Part shown: piece after piece, positions 20,588-29,269 of the stretch
How the letters are laid out: each line of letters opens with the position of its first letter
Numbering within the stretch: position 1 is the first letter of the stretch
Origin: Bacteroidota bacterium
Lineage (GTDB): Bacteria; Bacteroidota; Ignavibacteria; Ignavibacteriales; Melioribacteraceae
DNA: 64,000 nt
Direction: 5' to 3'
NCBI GenBank assembly: GCA_018829545.1
Contig: JAHJTX010000313.1
Span: 5,374 to 69,373, forward strand
Made by a program: the position numbers and the translations under genes
Notes under the pieces: generated by a model
Told to the model about the DNA's origin: nothing
What the model saw: the letters and a program-made list of their open reading frames with translations, nothing else
Databases searched by the model: none

Positions 20588-21580
20588 GTGGAATTTACAG
20601 AAAAAAAATGCCGTGCTATTTACGAAAGAGAAAGAACAAATATTGAAAAAAAGTTGAAGTCGCTTTTGATTAATAAAAATCCAAAATCACTTTATAATCC
20701 TTGCAGTTATATTCTCGAAAGCAAAGGTAAAAGACTGAGAGCATTTTTAGTTTTACTATCTGCAAAGGCTGTTGGCGCACGTTACTCAAGTGTTCATAAT
20801 GCCTCACTCGCTGTAGAAATACTCCATAATTTTACTCTTGTTCATGATGATATTATGGACAACGCAAATCTTAGGCGCGGATTACCGACTGTACATATCA
20901 AATACGATCTAAGCACGGCTATACTTTCGGGGGACAACTTAATCGCGATCGCTTATCAAAATTTGCTAAAGGATACAAAAGAGAAACACAAAGATGTACT
21001 CTCGATTTTTACTCAAGGTATTATAGAAGTTTGCGAGGGACAGAGTTTAGACAAAGAGTTTGAAACGAAAAGCAAAGTTACAATTGAAGAGTATCTTCAA
21101 ATGATATCAAAAAAAACTGCCGCCCTTGCGGAGGTGTGTTGTTCAATAGGCGCAATCCTTGGAGGCGGATCGAAAACAGAAATTAGTTTATTGAAAAATT
21201 ACGGAAAGAATTTGGGTATTGCTTTCCAACTACAAGATGATCTTTTGGATGTTTTTGGTGATGAAAAAGAATTTGGGAAAATAGTAGGCGGCGATCTACG
21301 CGAAGGAAAAAAAACGTATTTATTTTTAAAAGCTCTGGAACTTTCAAATGGGAAAGACAGAGCAATGCTGAATAGTGTGATAAAAAATAACGGCGTTAAA
21401 AAATCTGAGGTCGCGTCATACAAAAAACTTTATGAGAAACTGAAAGTAATTGAGATCACTGCTGAGCAGGTTGAGATATATACAAAAAAAGCATTAAATT
21501 CCGCTGCCAAAATTAAAGATGAAGAAGCAAAAGCGTTATTAATTTGGCTGGCAAATTCTTTAACAAAACGAAATAAATAG
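20588..21580 (+). CDS. polyprenyl diphosphate synthase (FPP/GGPP synthase family)
   Basis: Two Asp-rich motifs, LVHDDIMD and FQLQDDLLD. GTG start 1 nt after the fni stop. Confidence 0.9.
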   Translation: MEFTEKKCRAIYERERTNIEKKLKSLLINKNPKSLYNPCSYILESKGKRLRAFLVLLSAKAVGARYSSVHNASLAVEILHNFTLVHDDIMDNANLRRGLPTVHIKYDLSTAILSGDNLIAIAYQNLLKDTKEKHKDVLSIFTQGIIEVCEGQSLDKEFETKSKVTIEEYLQMISKKTAALAEVCCSIGAILGGGSKTEISLLKNYGKNLGIAFQLQDDLLDVFGDEKEFGKIVGGDLREGKKTYLFLKALELSNGKDRAMLNSVIKNNGVKKSEVASYKKLYEKLKVIEITAEQVEIYTKKALNSAAKIKDEEAKALLIWLANSLTKRNK

Positions 21581-21846
21581 TGATTGAAAAAACGGTAAAA
21601 ATTATAAATAATGCGGGCTTACATACACGTCCAGCGGCTACAATAGTTAAATTAGCAGCACATTATAAATCAGAATTTTTTATTCACAAGGACGGATTAA
21701 GCATCAACGGTAAATCCATTATCGGCGTTATGACTCTTGCGGCTGCAAAAGGCTCGTCGTTAGTTCTTACTTTTGAAGGAATTGACGAAGAAGAGGCGGC
21801 TAAGAAAATAATGGATTATTTTAAAAGAGGATTCGACGAGATGTAA
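21580..21846 (+). CDS. ptsH: phosphocarrier protein HPr
   Basis: 88 aa. GLHTRPA (His15) and GKSIIGVM (Ser46). GTG start overlapping the upstream stop (TAGTG). Confidence 0.92.
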   Translation: MIEKTVKIINNAGLHTRPAATIVKLAAHYKSEFFIHKDGLSINGKSIIGVMTLAAAKGSSLVLTFEGIDEEEAAKKIMDYFKRGFDEM

Positions 21847-21847
21847 A

Positions 21848-23596
21848 ATGGCACAAACAGAATTTATAAAATTATCGGGAATAGCCGCCGCGCCTGGAAT
21901 ATCAATGGCGCCGGCGTTTCTTTTTACAAAAGAAATAGAAACCATTTCGGATGAAACAATTGAAAACGTTAACGAAGCGCTTGAGAATCTTCGGCTTGCT
22001 ATAGAGAAATCTCAAAAGGAATTGAGCAAAGTCTTTAGTCTTGCGGTTGATAAACTTGGCGAAAAGCGCGCAGCCATTTTTGAAGCCCAACTTATGATTC
22101 TTGACGATCCCATTCTGATTGAGACAATACGGCAGAGAATAATTGACGAAAAGAAATCTCCTGAATTTATAGTTGACGCAGAAATGTCCAAGTATCAGCA
22201 ATTAATGAGCGCCTCTTCTGAAGCATACATGAAGGAGCGCTCTCTTGATATAAAGGATATAAAAGACAGGATAATTAGAAACTTAAAAAAGAGGAAATGG
22301 CTATCGAAAATTCTTAACAATGTGATTGTTGTTGCAAGCTCGTTGACTCCGGCAGACAGCGTTTTGTTTTCGAAAAACGATGTGAAGGGCTATGTAACAA
22401 ATTTCGGCGGGTTAACTTCACACACAGCAATTGTAGCTCGCGCGCTGGATATTCCCGCCGTTGTCGGCGTTCATGACGCAACTTCCAAAATTTCTGACGG
22501 AGATTATATTATTGTCGATGGCTTTCATGGCGAAATAATAGTCAATCCCACAAAAAAGCAGATAAAGTTTTATGAAGAGAAAATTCGAAAAATAAACGAT
22601 ATAGATATTGAGTTTGCTAAACTAAAGGATAAACCTTCTGTCACAAAAGACGGCAGGGAAATCAAGCTTTACGCAAATCTTGACGTAACTTCTGAACTTG
22701 ATCTCATACTTCAAAACTGTGCGAACGGGATCGGGTTACTGAGAACAGAGCAAATATTTCAAGGCACAGAAGCATTTCCGGATGAGGACGTTCAATTCGA
22801 ATTTTACAAAGAAGTTGCCGAAAAACTTTATCCCGGAACAGTTACCATTCGTACTTTTGATATTGGCGGCGACAAAGTTCTTCCGTTCGATGTTAAAGAA
22901 CCAAATCCGATGCTGGGTTGGCGCGGAGTAAGATTTTTACTCGATAATAATTCGCTTTACAAATCTCAAATTAGGGCGATACTTAAAGCAAGCAAGCATA
23001 AAAATGTTAAGATAATGATACCAATGATTTCATCGATTGCCGAGATTCGCAGGTCAAAAGAAATTCTTGAGATGTGTAAGCATGAACTTAGAGATGAGGG
23101 ATTTGAATTTGATGAAAGCATTCCTTTTGGAATAATGATTGAAGTTCCATCTGCGGCAGTGATGGCTGAAGATTACGCAGAGGAAGTTGATTTTATAAGC
23201 GTTGGAACAAATGACCTTATCCAATATTTACTCGCCGTTGATAGAGGCAATGAAATAGTAAATGATTTGTATCAGGAATTTCACCCTGCCTTGATCCGTA
23301 CATTGGATTTTATAATTAAAGCGGGTAAAATTACCGATACTGAAGTAAGCATCTGTGGAGAAATGGCTGCCGACCAATATGCAGTTCCTCTTTTAGTTGG
23401 ATTAGGTTTTGAGTCATTAAGCATGAGTCCTTCTGCAATACCGGTTACAAAAAAAATAATTACAGATCTAAATTATCAGCAAGTTAAAAAACTTGTTTAT
23501 GAGTGTCTCCATTATAAAACTGAGAGTGAAATAAAAACTGCTCTCAAAGATTTCTTCAACGAAAACTTAAAAGAAGAAGCAGAAAGAATTAAGTAA
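21848..23596 (+). CDS. ptsI: phosphoenolpyruvate--protein phosphotransferase (PTS enzyme I)
   Basis: 582 aa. GGLTSHTAIVARALDIP phospho-histidine motif and a C-terminal PEP-utilising TIM barrel (SVGTNDLIQY). Confidence 0.95.
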   Translation: MAQTEFIKLSGIAAAPGISMAPAFLFTKEIETISDETIENVNEALENLRLAIEKSQKELSKVFSLAVDKLGEKRAAIFEAQLMILDDPILIETIRQRIIDEKKSPEFIVDAEMSKYQQLMSASSEAYMKERSLDIKDIKDRIIRNLKKRKWLSKILNNVIVVASSLTPADSVLFSKNDVKGYVTNFGGLTSHTAIVARALDIPAVVGVHDATSKISDGDYIIVDGFHGEIIVNPTKKQIKFYEEKIRKINDIDIEFAKLKDKPSVTKDGREIKLYANLDVTSELDLILQNCANGIGLLRTEQIFQGTEAFPDEDVQFEFYKEVAEKLYPGTVTIRTFDIGGDKVLPFDVKEPNPMLGWRGVRFLLDNNSLYKSQIRAILKASKHKNVKIMIPMISSIAEIRRSKEILEMCKHELRDEGFEFDESIPFGIMIEVPSAAVMAEDYAEEVDFISVGTNDLIQYLLAVDRGNEIVNDLYQEFHPALIRTLDFIIKAGKITDTEVSICGEMAADQYAVPLLVGLGFESLSMSPSAIPVTKKIITDLNYQQVKKLVYECLHYKTESEIKTALKDFFNENLKEEAERIK

Positions 23597-23694
23597 TTAG
23601 TGATGAAATTTAGAGATTTATTTTTGCATTGATTCTTCGGATGGGAATTGTAATTTAGTTTCGTACTTATCGTATAGTAAATTTTGATCGGTTA

Positions 23695-26511
23695 TTGAAA
23701 ACAAAAATTATAAATATTCTTCTTTTATTGTCTTTTCTTCCGGGAATTGTATCATCGCAGTTCTATTTTTTCGGTAGAAATAAAGTTCAATACGAGGACT
23801 TTGAATGGCAGGTTCTCAAAACCGAGCACTTCAATATTTATTATTACGAAGAATTCGAAGAGATGGCTGAAATAGGCGCTCAGTATGCCGAGGATGCATA
23901 CAACGATTTGAAAGTAAAATTCAACCATGTTGTTACAAATAAAATACCGCTAATATTCTATAATACACATCTTCATTTTCAGCAGACAAATACCCGCCCC
24001 GATTTTATTCCTGAAGGAGTTGGCGGGTTTTATGAATTCCTAAAAGGAAGAGTTGTTGTGCCGTATCTGGGTAATCTTTATCAATTCCGGCACGTAATCC
24101 GGCACGAACTAGTTCACGTTTTTATGATGAGCAAAGTGTACAATGTCCTAACAGATCACAGAATTCCTATCAACAGATATCCGCATCTGTGGTTCATAGA
24201 AGGACTTGCCGAATACTGGTCTTATGAATGGGACACTCAAGCAGAAATGGTTATGCGCGATGCTGTGATCAATAATCTATTCACCGGTCTAAAGAATATC
24301 AATAATGTTTACGGTTCGTTTTTAATGTATAAATTCGGACAGAATTTTCTTCACTTCGCTTCCGAATATTATGGCGAGGATAAAATTCTTCAACTTCTCG
24401 AAAATATCTGGCGCTTCGATAGATTTGATGAAAACATTGAATACGCTTTTGGGCAATCAATTGAAGATATTGATGATAGATGGGAATATTATCTAAGACA
24501 AAAATATTTTCCGTTATACTCAGATTTGGCTCCGCATAAAATACTTGGAAATAAAATTACTGAGAGCGGTTTTAATTTTTCTCCGGCGTATCTAAAATTG
24601 AATGAGAAAAATTATGTATTCTTTATAGCAAATAAACTCGGCTACACATCTCTGTACAAAATGGAACTTGATGAAAAATATCTTCCCGTTGATGACGAGG
24701 AAGTTTTGATTAGAGGTGAGAGTGAAGAAGTGTTTGAAGCATTTCATTTACTCAAACCTTCTCTAACCGCCTCAAAGAAAGGACTATTGGCATTTATAAC
24801 AAAATCAGGCGGTACTGACGCAATTCATTTATATGATGCTGTAAATGATAATATCATTGATAAAATTCAGTTTAAAAACCTGGTTACAATTGAAGCGCCG
24901 CAGTTTTCAAACTCTGACGATAAAATTATTTTTTCTGCGGTTGATAGAAAAGGATTCAGTGACTTGTTCACTTATTCTATTCATAATAAAGAATTAGTCC
25001 GTCTCACAAACGATTACTATTCCGATACAGAACCGGTCTTTAGTCACGATGATGATTATGTTGTTTTCTCAAGCGACAGGACCGAAGGAATTTTTGCGCA
25101 GAAAAAAAATCTTTTCAAATATGAAATTAAGAGCGGCAGCATAGATTATCTTACATATACAGGATCGGATTTTTCAACTCCTCGGTTCAGTCCAGAAAAC
25201 GGGGTGCTGTATTTCAAATCCGATTACGACGGAAATTTTAATATCTGGCATTTAGAAAAAGATGGGAATGACAATCCATCTGGTATGACAAGGGTTACTA
25301 ACTTTTTAACAAGCGTTTTTGAATTTACATTTACTGAGGAGAGTAAACTCATTACTTCTGCAATAGAAAAATTTACTTTTCAATTCTACAATGTTAATCT
25401 TGCCGAAACAAAGGACAGCGCGAGTAAATTTGTTGCTTTCAATTATGATATGATTGGATCAAAATGGATTCCCGATAAAATTAGCGGCGAATCGTTAAAA
25501 GAAAAAATGGTGTACGAAAATGATTACACCTTGGATTATGCAGTAAGCCAGGTGATTGCTGATCCGGTCTACGGAGCGCGCGGAGGAGCATTGATGACAC
25601 TCAGCGATTTACTCGGAGATGATCAATACGTTTTTTTAATTTATAACACTGCTGAAGTGCAGAGTGAAATATTGAAGCAGTTTAACGTGGCAATTTCGCG
25701 CGTAAACTTCAAACAACGAACAAATTTTGGTTATGGCATTTTCCATTTTAACGGAAAAAGATACGACATTCGCGAGTCGGAAGAATATTTTGACGAGAGA
25801 GCATTCGGCGGATATTTTAGTTTTGTTTATCCGTTTTCAACTTTTCAGAGAATTGAATCCAGCGTGAGTATTGCTAATTCGGATAAATCTTCGCTTGGAG
25901 AAATTGATTCGCGAAAGGCGCTGCTCGTTTCAAACTCACTTGCGTTTGTTCATGATAATTCTCTTTGGGGACCAACCGGACCGTTGGATGGATCAAGATT
26001 TAGGCTGCTGCTTGCCTACACGAGCGATGTTAAGTATAGCAACGTTAATTTCTATTCCGTTATTGCAGATTATAGAAAATATTTTAGAATATCGCGAACG
26101 GTATCTCTTGCATCGCGTGCGAGTATTTTTTATAACGAAGGCAAAGAAGCGCGAAGATATTTTGCAGGAGGAAGCTGGGATTTACGCGGCTGGAAACGTT
26201 TTTCGATTCGCGGCGAGAAACTGTGGCTTTCTTCTCTTGAATTGAGATATCCTTTGATTGACAGAATACTTATTGATTTTCCGTTTATGGGAATTGGGTT
26301 TGCCGGAATCCGCGGCGCAGCTTTTTTTGACGCAGGCAGCGCATGGGATGATGAGTATAAAGAAACACTCGGCAGCATGGGTGTGGGATTGCGAATAAAC
26401 TTTTTAAACGCGATAACTTTCAGATATGATATTGGTAAAAAGTTAGAAAATAATTTTTCTAAAGTGCAGGAAAGTTTGTTTTATCAATTTTTTTTCGGGT
26501 GGGACTTTTAA
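23695..26511 (+). CDS. outer-membrane fusion protein: HExxH peptidase-MA-like domain + TolB-like beta-propeller + Omp85/surface-antigen beta-barrel
   Basis: 938 aa with TTG start and signal peptide. HELVH lies at nt 24103-24117, followed by FIEGLAEYW. Central PD40-like repeats (PVFSHDDDYVVFSSDR, PRFSPENGVLYFKSDYDGNFNIW). C-terminal Omp85-like region ending in FFFGWDF. Confidence 0.8.
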   Translation: MKTKIINILLLLSFLPGIVSSQFYFFGRNKVQYEDFEWQVLKTEHFNIYYYEEFEEMAEIGAQYAEDAYNDLKVKFNHVVTNKIPLIFYNTHLHFQQTNTRPDFIPEGVGGFYEFLKGRVVVPYLGNLYQFRHVIRHELVHVFMMSKVYNVLTDHRIPINRYPHLWFIEGLAEYWSYEWDTQAEMVMRDAVINNLFTGLKNINNVYGSFLMYKFGQNFLHFASEYYGEDKILQLLENIWRFDRFDENIEYAFGQSIEDIDDRWEYYLRQKYFPLYSDLAPHKILGNKITESGFNFSPAYLKLNEKNYVFFIANKLGYTSLYKMELDEKYLPVDDEEVLIRGESEEVFEAFHLLKPSLTASKKGLLAFITKSGGTDAIHLYDAVNDNIIDKIQFKNLVTIEAPQFSNSDDKIIFSAVDRKGFSDLFTYSIHNKELVRLTNDYYSDTEPVFSHDDDYVVFSSDRTEGIFAQKKNLFKYEIKSGSIDYLTYTGSDFSTPRFSPENGVLYFKSDYDGNFNIWHLEKDGNDNPSGMTRVTNFLTSVFEFTFTEESKLITSAIEKFTFQFYNVNLAETKDSASKFVAFNYDMIGSKWIPDKISGESLKEKMVYENDYTLDYAVSQVIADPVYGARGGALMTLSDLLGDDQYVFLIYNTAEVQSEILKQFNVAISRVNFKQRTNFGYGIFHFNGKRYDIRESEEYFDERAFGGYFSFVYPFSTFQRIESSVSIANSDKSSLGEIDSRKALLVSNSLAFVHDNSLWGPTGPLDGSRFRLLLAYTSDVKYSNVNFYSVIADYRKYFRISRTVSLASRASIFYNEGKEARRYFAGGSWDLRGWKRFSIRGEKLWLSSLELRYPLIDRILIDFPFMGIGFAGIRGAAFFDAGSAWDDEYKETLGSMGVGLRINFLNAITFRYDIGKKLENNFSKVQESLFYQFFFGWDF

Positions 26512-27650
26512 TGAGGCGTGCAATAAATACTGTTATAATTTTTATCTCGTTGGTTATAATCGGCTGCTCGAAATCAATTTCGCTTAGCTCCGTAAAAATA
26601 AATCAAGATGGTCATTTCTATTTGGGGCAGAGTGAATCTAAACCATTCATTTATGATTATGACATTTCCGATTCAATAAAATTATTATGGGAAGCGGAAG
26701 TTCACGGAAGTTTCAGCAATTGTTCACCGGTTATTTATGATGAATATATTTTCGCGGCAGATTTAGCAGGGAGGTTGTATGTGTTTGATGTGAATACAGG
26801 CAAGGAAATTGGCAGCGAAATATTTAAAGGCGAAATAAGAGCAACGCCTGTCATACGCAGCAGCACCATAATTCTTCAGATGAATGAATTCAAATCCCTA
26901 TCGGGTAAAGTTATTTTCTTCGATTTCATACGCGGAAAAATTAAAAAGGAAATTGAGATTGAAGATAATTTGACAAACGATATTCTACCGCTGGAAGATG
27001 AATTTATACTTCTTACAGCAAATGGAATTCTTAGAAAATATTCTTTTAGCGGAAATGAGATATGGCAATCGAAGCAAGATGAACTTACTTATTCAAATCC
27101 CGTTTTGGCAGGGAATAAGATTTTATTCACAACTGTTTCGGGCAAATTGATAGCAGTGGATTTTGAAACCGGTAAAAAAATATACTCAAAAAATATAGGC
27201 GGCAGTTTTAGGTCGGGTGTTTATTCTGATGGAATATTTATAACCTCCGGAGATATGGATGGTAATCTTTATCGAATAAATTGTGAAGATGGAATTGTCA
27301 TCTGGAAATTTTCATCAGGTTCAGAAATTCGTAATATTTCGCTAATCACCGGAAAGGGAATTTTAGTAAGCAACTTAGCAGGTAGAATAGCTTTATTGGA
27401 AGAGAATACCGGGCAAATAATTTGGGAAAGAAAAGCAAAAGGTGTTTTTAATTCAACACCGATTCTAGTTGGAAACACAATCATACAGCCGGATTTGGAT
27501 ATGGAATTGCTCTTCTTATCAATTGATGATGGCACTATTTTGAACAAACTAACTTTTGAGAAAAGGCTTAAAACAAGTCCGGTTATTTATAGAGATAAAT
27601 TATTTATTGGTGCAGACAGAGGATTGTTATACTGCTACAAATTCAATTGA
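26511..27650 (+). CDS. PQQ-like beta-propeller lipoprotein (BamB-like)
   Basis: Lipobox LVIIGC. Repeated G.lya.d..tGk..W-type blades. ATG at 26511 is preferred, giving a TAATG overlap with the upstream stop. The ORF track starts at GTG 26499. Confidence 0.75.
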   Translation: MRRAINTVIIFISLVIIGCSKSISLSSVKINQDGHFYLGQSESKPFIYDYDISDSIKLLWEAEVHGSFSNCSPVIYDEYIFAADLAGRLYVFDVNTGKEIGSEIFKGEIRATPVIRSSTIILQMNEFKSLSGKVIFFDFIRGKIKKEIEIEDNLTNDILPLEDEFILLTANGILRKYSFSGNEIWQSKQDELTYSNPVLAGNKILFTTVSGKLIAVDFETGKKIYSKNIGGSFRSGVYSDGIFITSGDMDGNLYRINCEDGIVIWKFSSGSEIRNISLITGKGILVSNLAGRIALLEENTGQIIWERKAKGVFNSTPILVGNTIIQPDLDMELLFLSIDDGTILNKLTFEKRLKTSPVIYRDKLFIGADRGLLYCYKFN

Positions 27651-27711
27651 AGAAGCAAGACCAATAATTCTGTTCTGTTGAGATGTTTTACAAAAGATTT
27701 TATGGAAACAA

Positions 27712-28452
27712 ATGATCGCAATAAAAAATAGATTGATTGCACAACCGATCGTGGTAATGATAATTTTTGTATTTACAAATATCTGGAGCCAGGAGTGCGT
27801 CAGCGAAGTTCATATAAAAACAAACGCACATAATTCAATTATTGAAATCAACGAAAATGTGTTGATCGCATCAGATACTACGCTTTCACTTAATCGAGGC
27901 GTCTATCAACTGAAAATAAAAGAGAGCAAAGTTAAATGGGGAAGCAGAACAATTCTCGATACAATGAACATCGTTAACTGCGATGAACAATTTTTTAGAG
28001 AGTATCATTTTGACTCTGAAAGAATGATTACATCTAATCCTACTGATGCGGACGTTTACTTGAATGGAATATTTATGGGACGTACTCCTTTGATTTATTC
28101 CGGAAATAATGAAACACTGCTTCTCTCAAAAAAGTATTTTGAAAGTAAATCCATTCGCTCTTCTGATGTGAGCGGCAAAATGGTTGTGTCTTTAAAACAA
28201 ATTGAATTTAATTCTGAAACTGAATTCAGCGAGACTATTTTATTCAAAGTTCTGTTTGGGAGCGCTGTGATTCTAGGCAGCACGGCGGCTTATCTAAAAA
28301 TAGAAGCAGATAGAAATTACGATAAGTATTTAGAAACGCAGGATAAAAAATATTTGAATACAGTAAATAGTCTCGATCTCTACAGCGGAATTGCTTTCGG
28401 CGCTCTGCAGATTAATTTTGGTGTGCTAATTTATAAGTTCATTTTTGAGTAA
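27712..28452 (+). CDS. PEGA-domain membrane protein
   Basis: 246 aa with signal peptide. PEGA-like segment ITSNPTDADVYLNGIFMGRTPL. C-terminal TM helices. Confidence 0.65.
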   Translation: MIAIKNRLIAQPIVVMIIFVFTNIWSQECVSEVHIKTNAHNSIIEINENVLIASDTTLSLNRGVYQLKIKESKVKWGSRTILDTMNIVNCDEQFFREYHFDSERMITSNPTDADVYLNGIFMGRTPLIYSGNNETLLLSKKYFESKSIRSSDVSGKMVVSLKQIEFNSETEFSETILFKVLFGSAVILGSTAAYLKIEADRNYDKYLETQDKKYLNTVNSLDLYSGIAFGALQINFGVLIYKFIFE

Positions 28453-28479
28453 TCATAACAATTAGAATTAGTTCTCAAC

Positions 28480-28503
28480 TGTTTTTCGCAATTATGAAAA
28501 ACA
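28480..28503. terminator. hairpin between convergent genes (possible bidirectional terminator)
   Basis: TGTTTTTC-GCAATTAT-GAAAAACA, an 8-bp stem. It lies between the PEGA gene end (28452) and the yoeB end (28515). Confidence 0.4.
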
Positions 28504-28514
28504 AGATCAATCAT

Positions 28515-28775
28515 TCAATTATCATAATGGTATCTGCAACTATAGATAAATATTTCAATTACCTTAACTCGATAAACTAAGCGGTGTTCTCTATCAATTC
28601 TGCGTGACCAAAATCCGGTTAAGTCATATTTTAGCGGTTCTGGTTTTCCCATTCCCTCAAAAGGACTTCTCTGAATATCTTTTATAAGCTCGTTTATTTT
28701 TCTGAGGATTCTTTTATCTTCGGTTTGCCATGAGATATAATCTTCCCAAGAATTTTTTGAAAAAGTAATTTTCAT
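28515..28775 (-). CDS. yoeB: YoeB/Txe-family toxin (ribosome-dependent mRNA interferase)
   Basis: 86 aa, near-collinear with E. coli YoeB as I remember it: SWEDYISWQTEDKRILRKINELIKDIQRSPFEGMGKPEPLKYDLTGFWSRRIDREHRLVY...CRYHY. Confidence 0.93.
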   Translation of the reverse strand: MKITFSKNSWEDYISWQTEDKRILRKINELIKDIQRSPFEGMGKPEPLKYDLTGFWSRRIDREHRLVYRVKVIEIFIYSCRYHYDN

Positions 28776-29029
28776 CGAACATCAATTAATTCGTTTTTTA
28801 CTATTTCTCCTTTCTTCATTTGATTTATGGATTCGTACAATCTATCCGCATTTGCTTTTGAACTCAATAGATGAACAGTTTCCATGATTGAGTTGTATTC
28901 ATCCAATGAAATCAATACGGCGCCTTTACCGAGTCCTCTTTTAATGATAAGTGTTTCATTGTTTTGTTCAACATCGTCCAAAAATTTTTTAAGTCCGGTG
29001 CGGAATTCAGTGAAATTTGCTGCGATCAT
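28772..29029 (-). CDS. yefM: YefM/Phd-family antitoxin
   Basis: 85 aa. FRTGLKKFLDDVEQNNETLIIKR...VLISLDEYNSIMETVHLLSS. 4-nt overlap with yoeB. Confidence 0.9.
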   Translation of the reverse strand: MIAANFTEFRTGLKKFLDDVEQNNETLIIKRGLGKGAVLISLDEYNSIMETVHLLSSKANADRLYESINQMKKGEIVKNELIDVR

Positions 29030-29095
29030 AAGAGTACCTACATCAGTTATTAAGACAGCACATATATACGTACATTATTTCAAAATATCAAACGA

Positions 29096-29214
29096 GAGTC
29101 CAATCTGAAAAGTCATATTGTTATTAACCCCACGTTTTAACGTGGGGTTAACAAGCTAAAAACAAACTTTCCCAAACGGGTTTTAACCCGTTTGGGTCTT
29201 TTCGGAGTGGACTC
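29096..29214 (-). mobile_element. 119-bp MITE-like palindromic repeat, copy 2 (inverted)
   Basis: The reverse complement matches copies 1 and 3 at 115/119 positions. Flanked by AAACGA on both sides. Lies between the polA stop and the yefM upstream region. Confidence 0.85.
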
Positions 29215-29269
29215 AAACGAAAAATAATTGAGAGATAATTAAAGTACAACATACAATGAGATGGTATTC

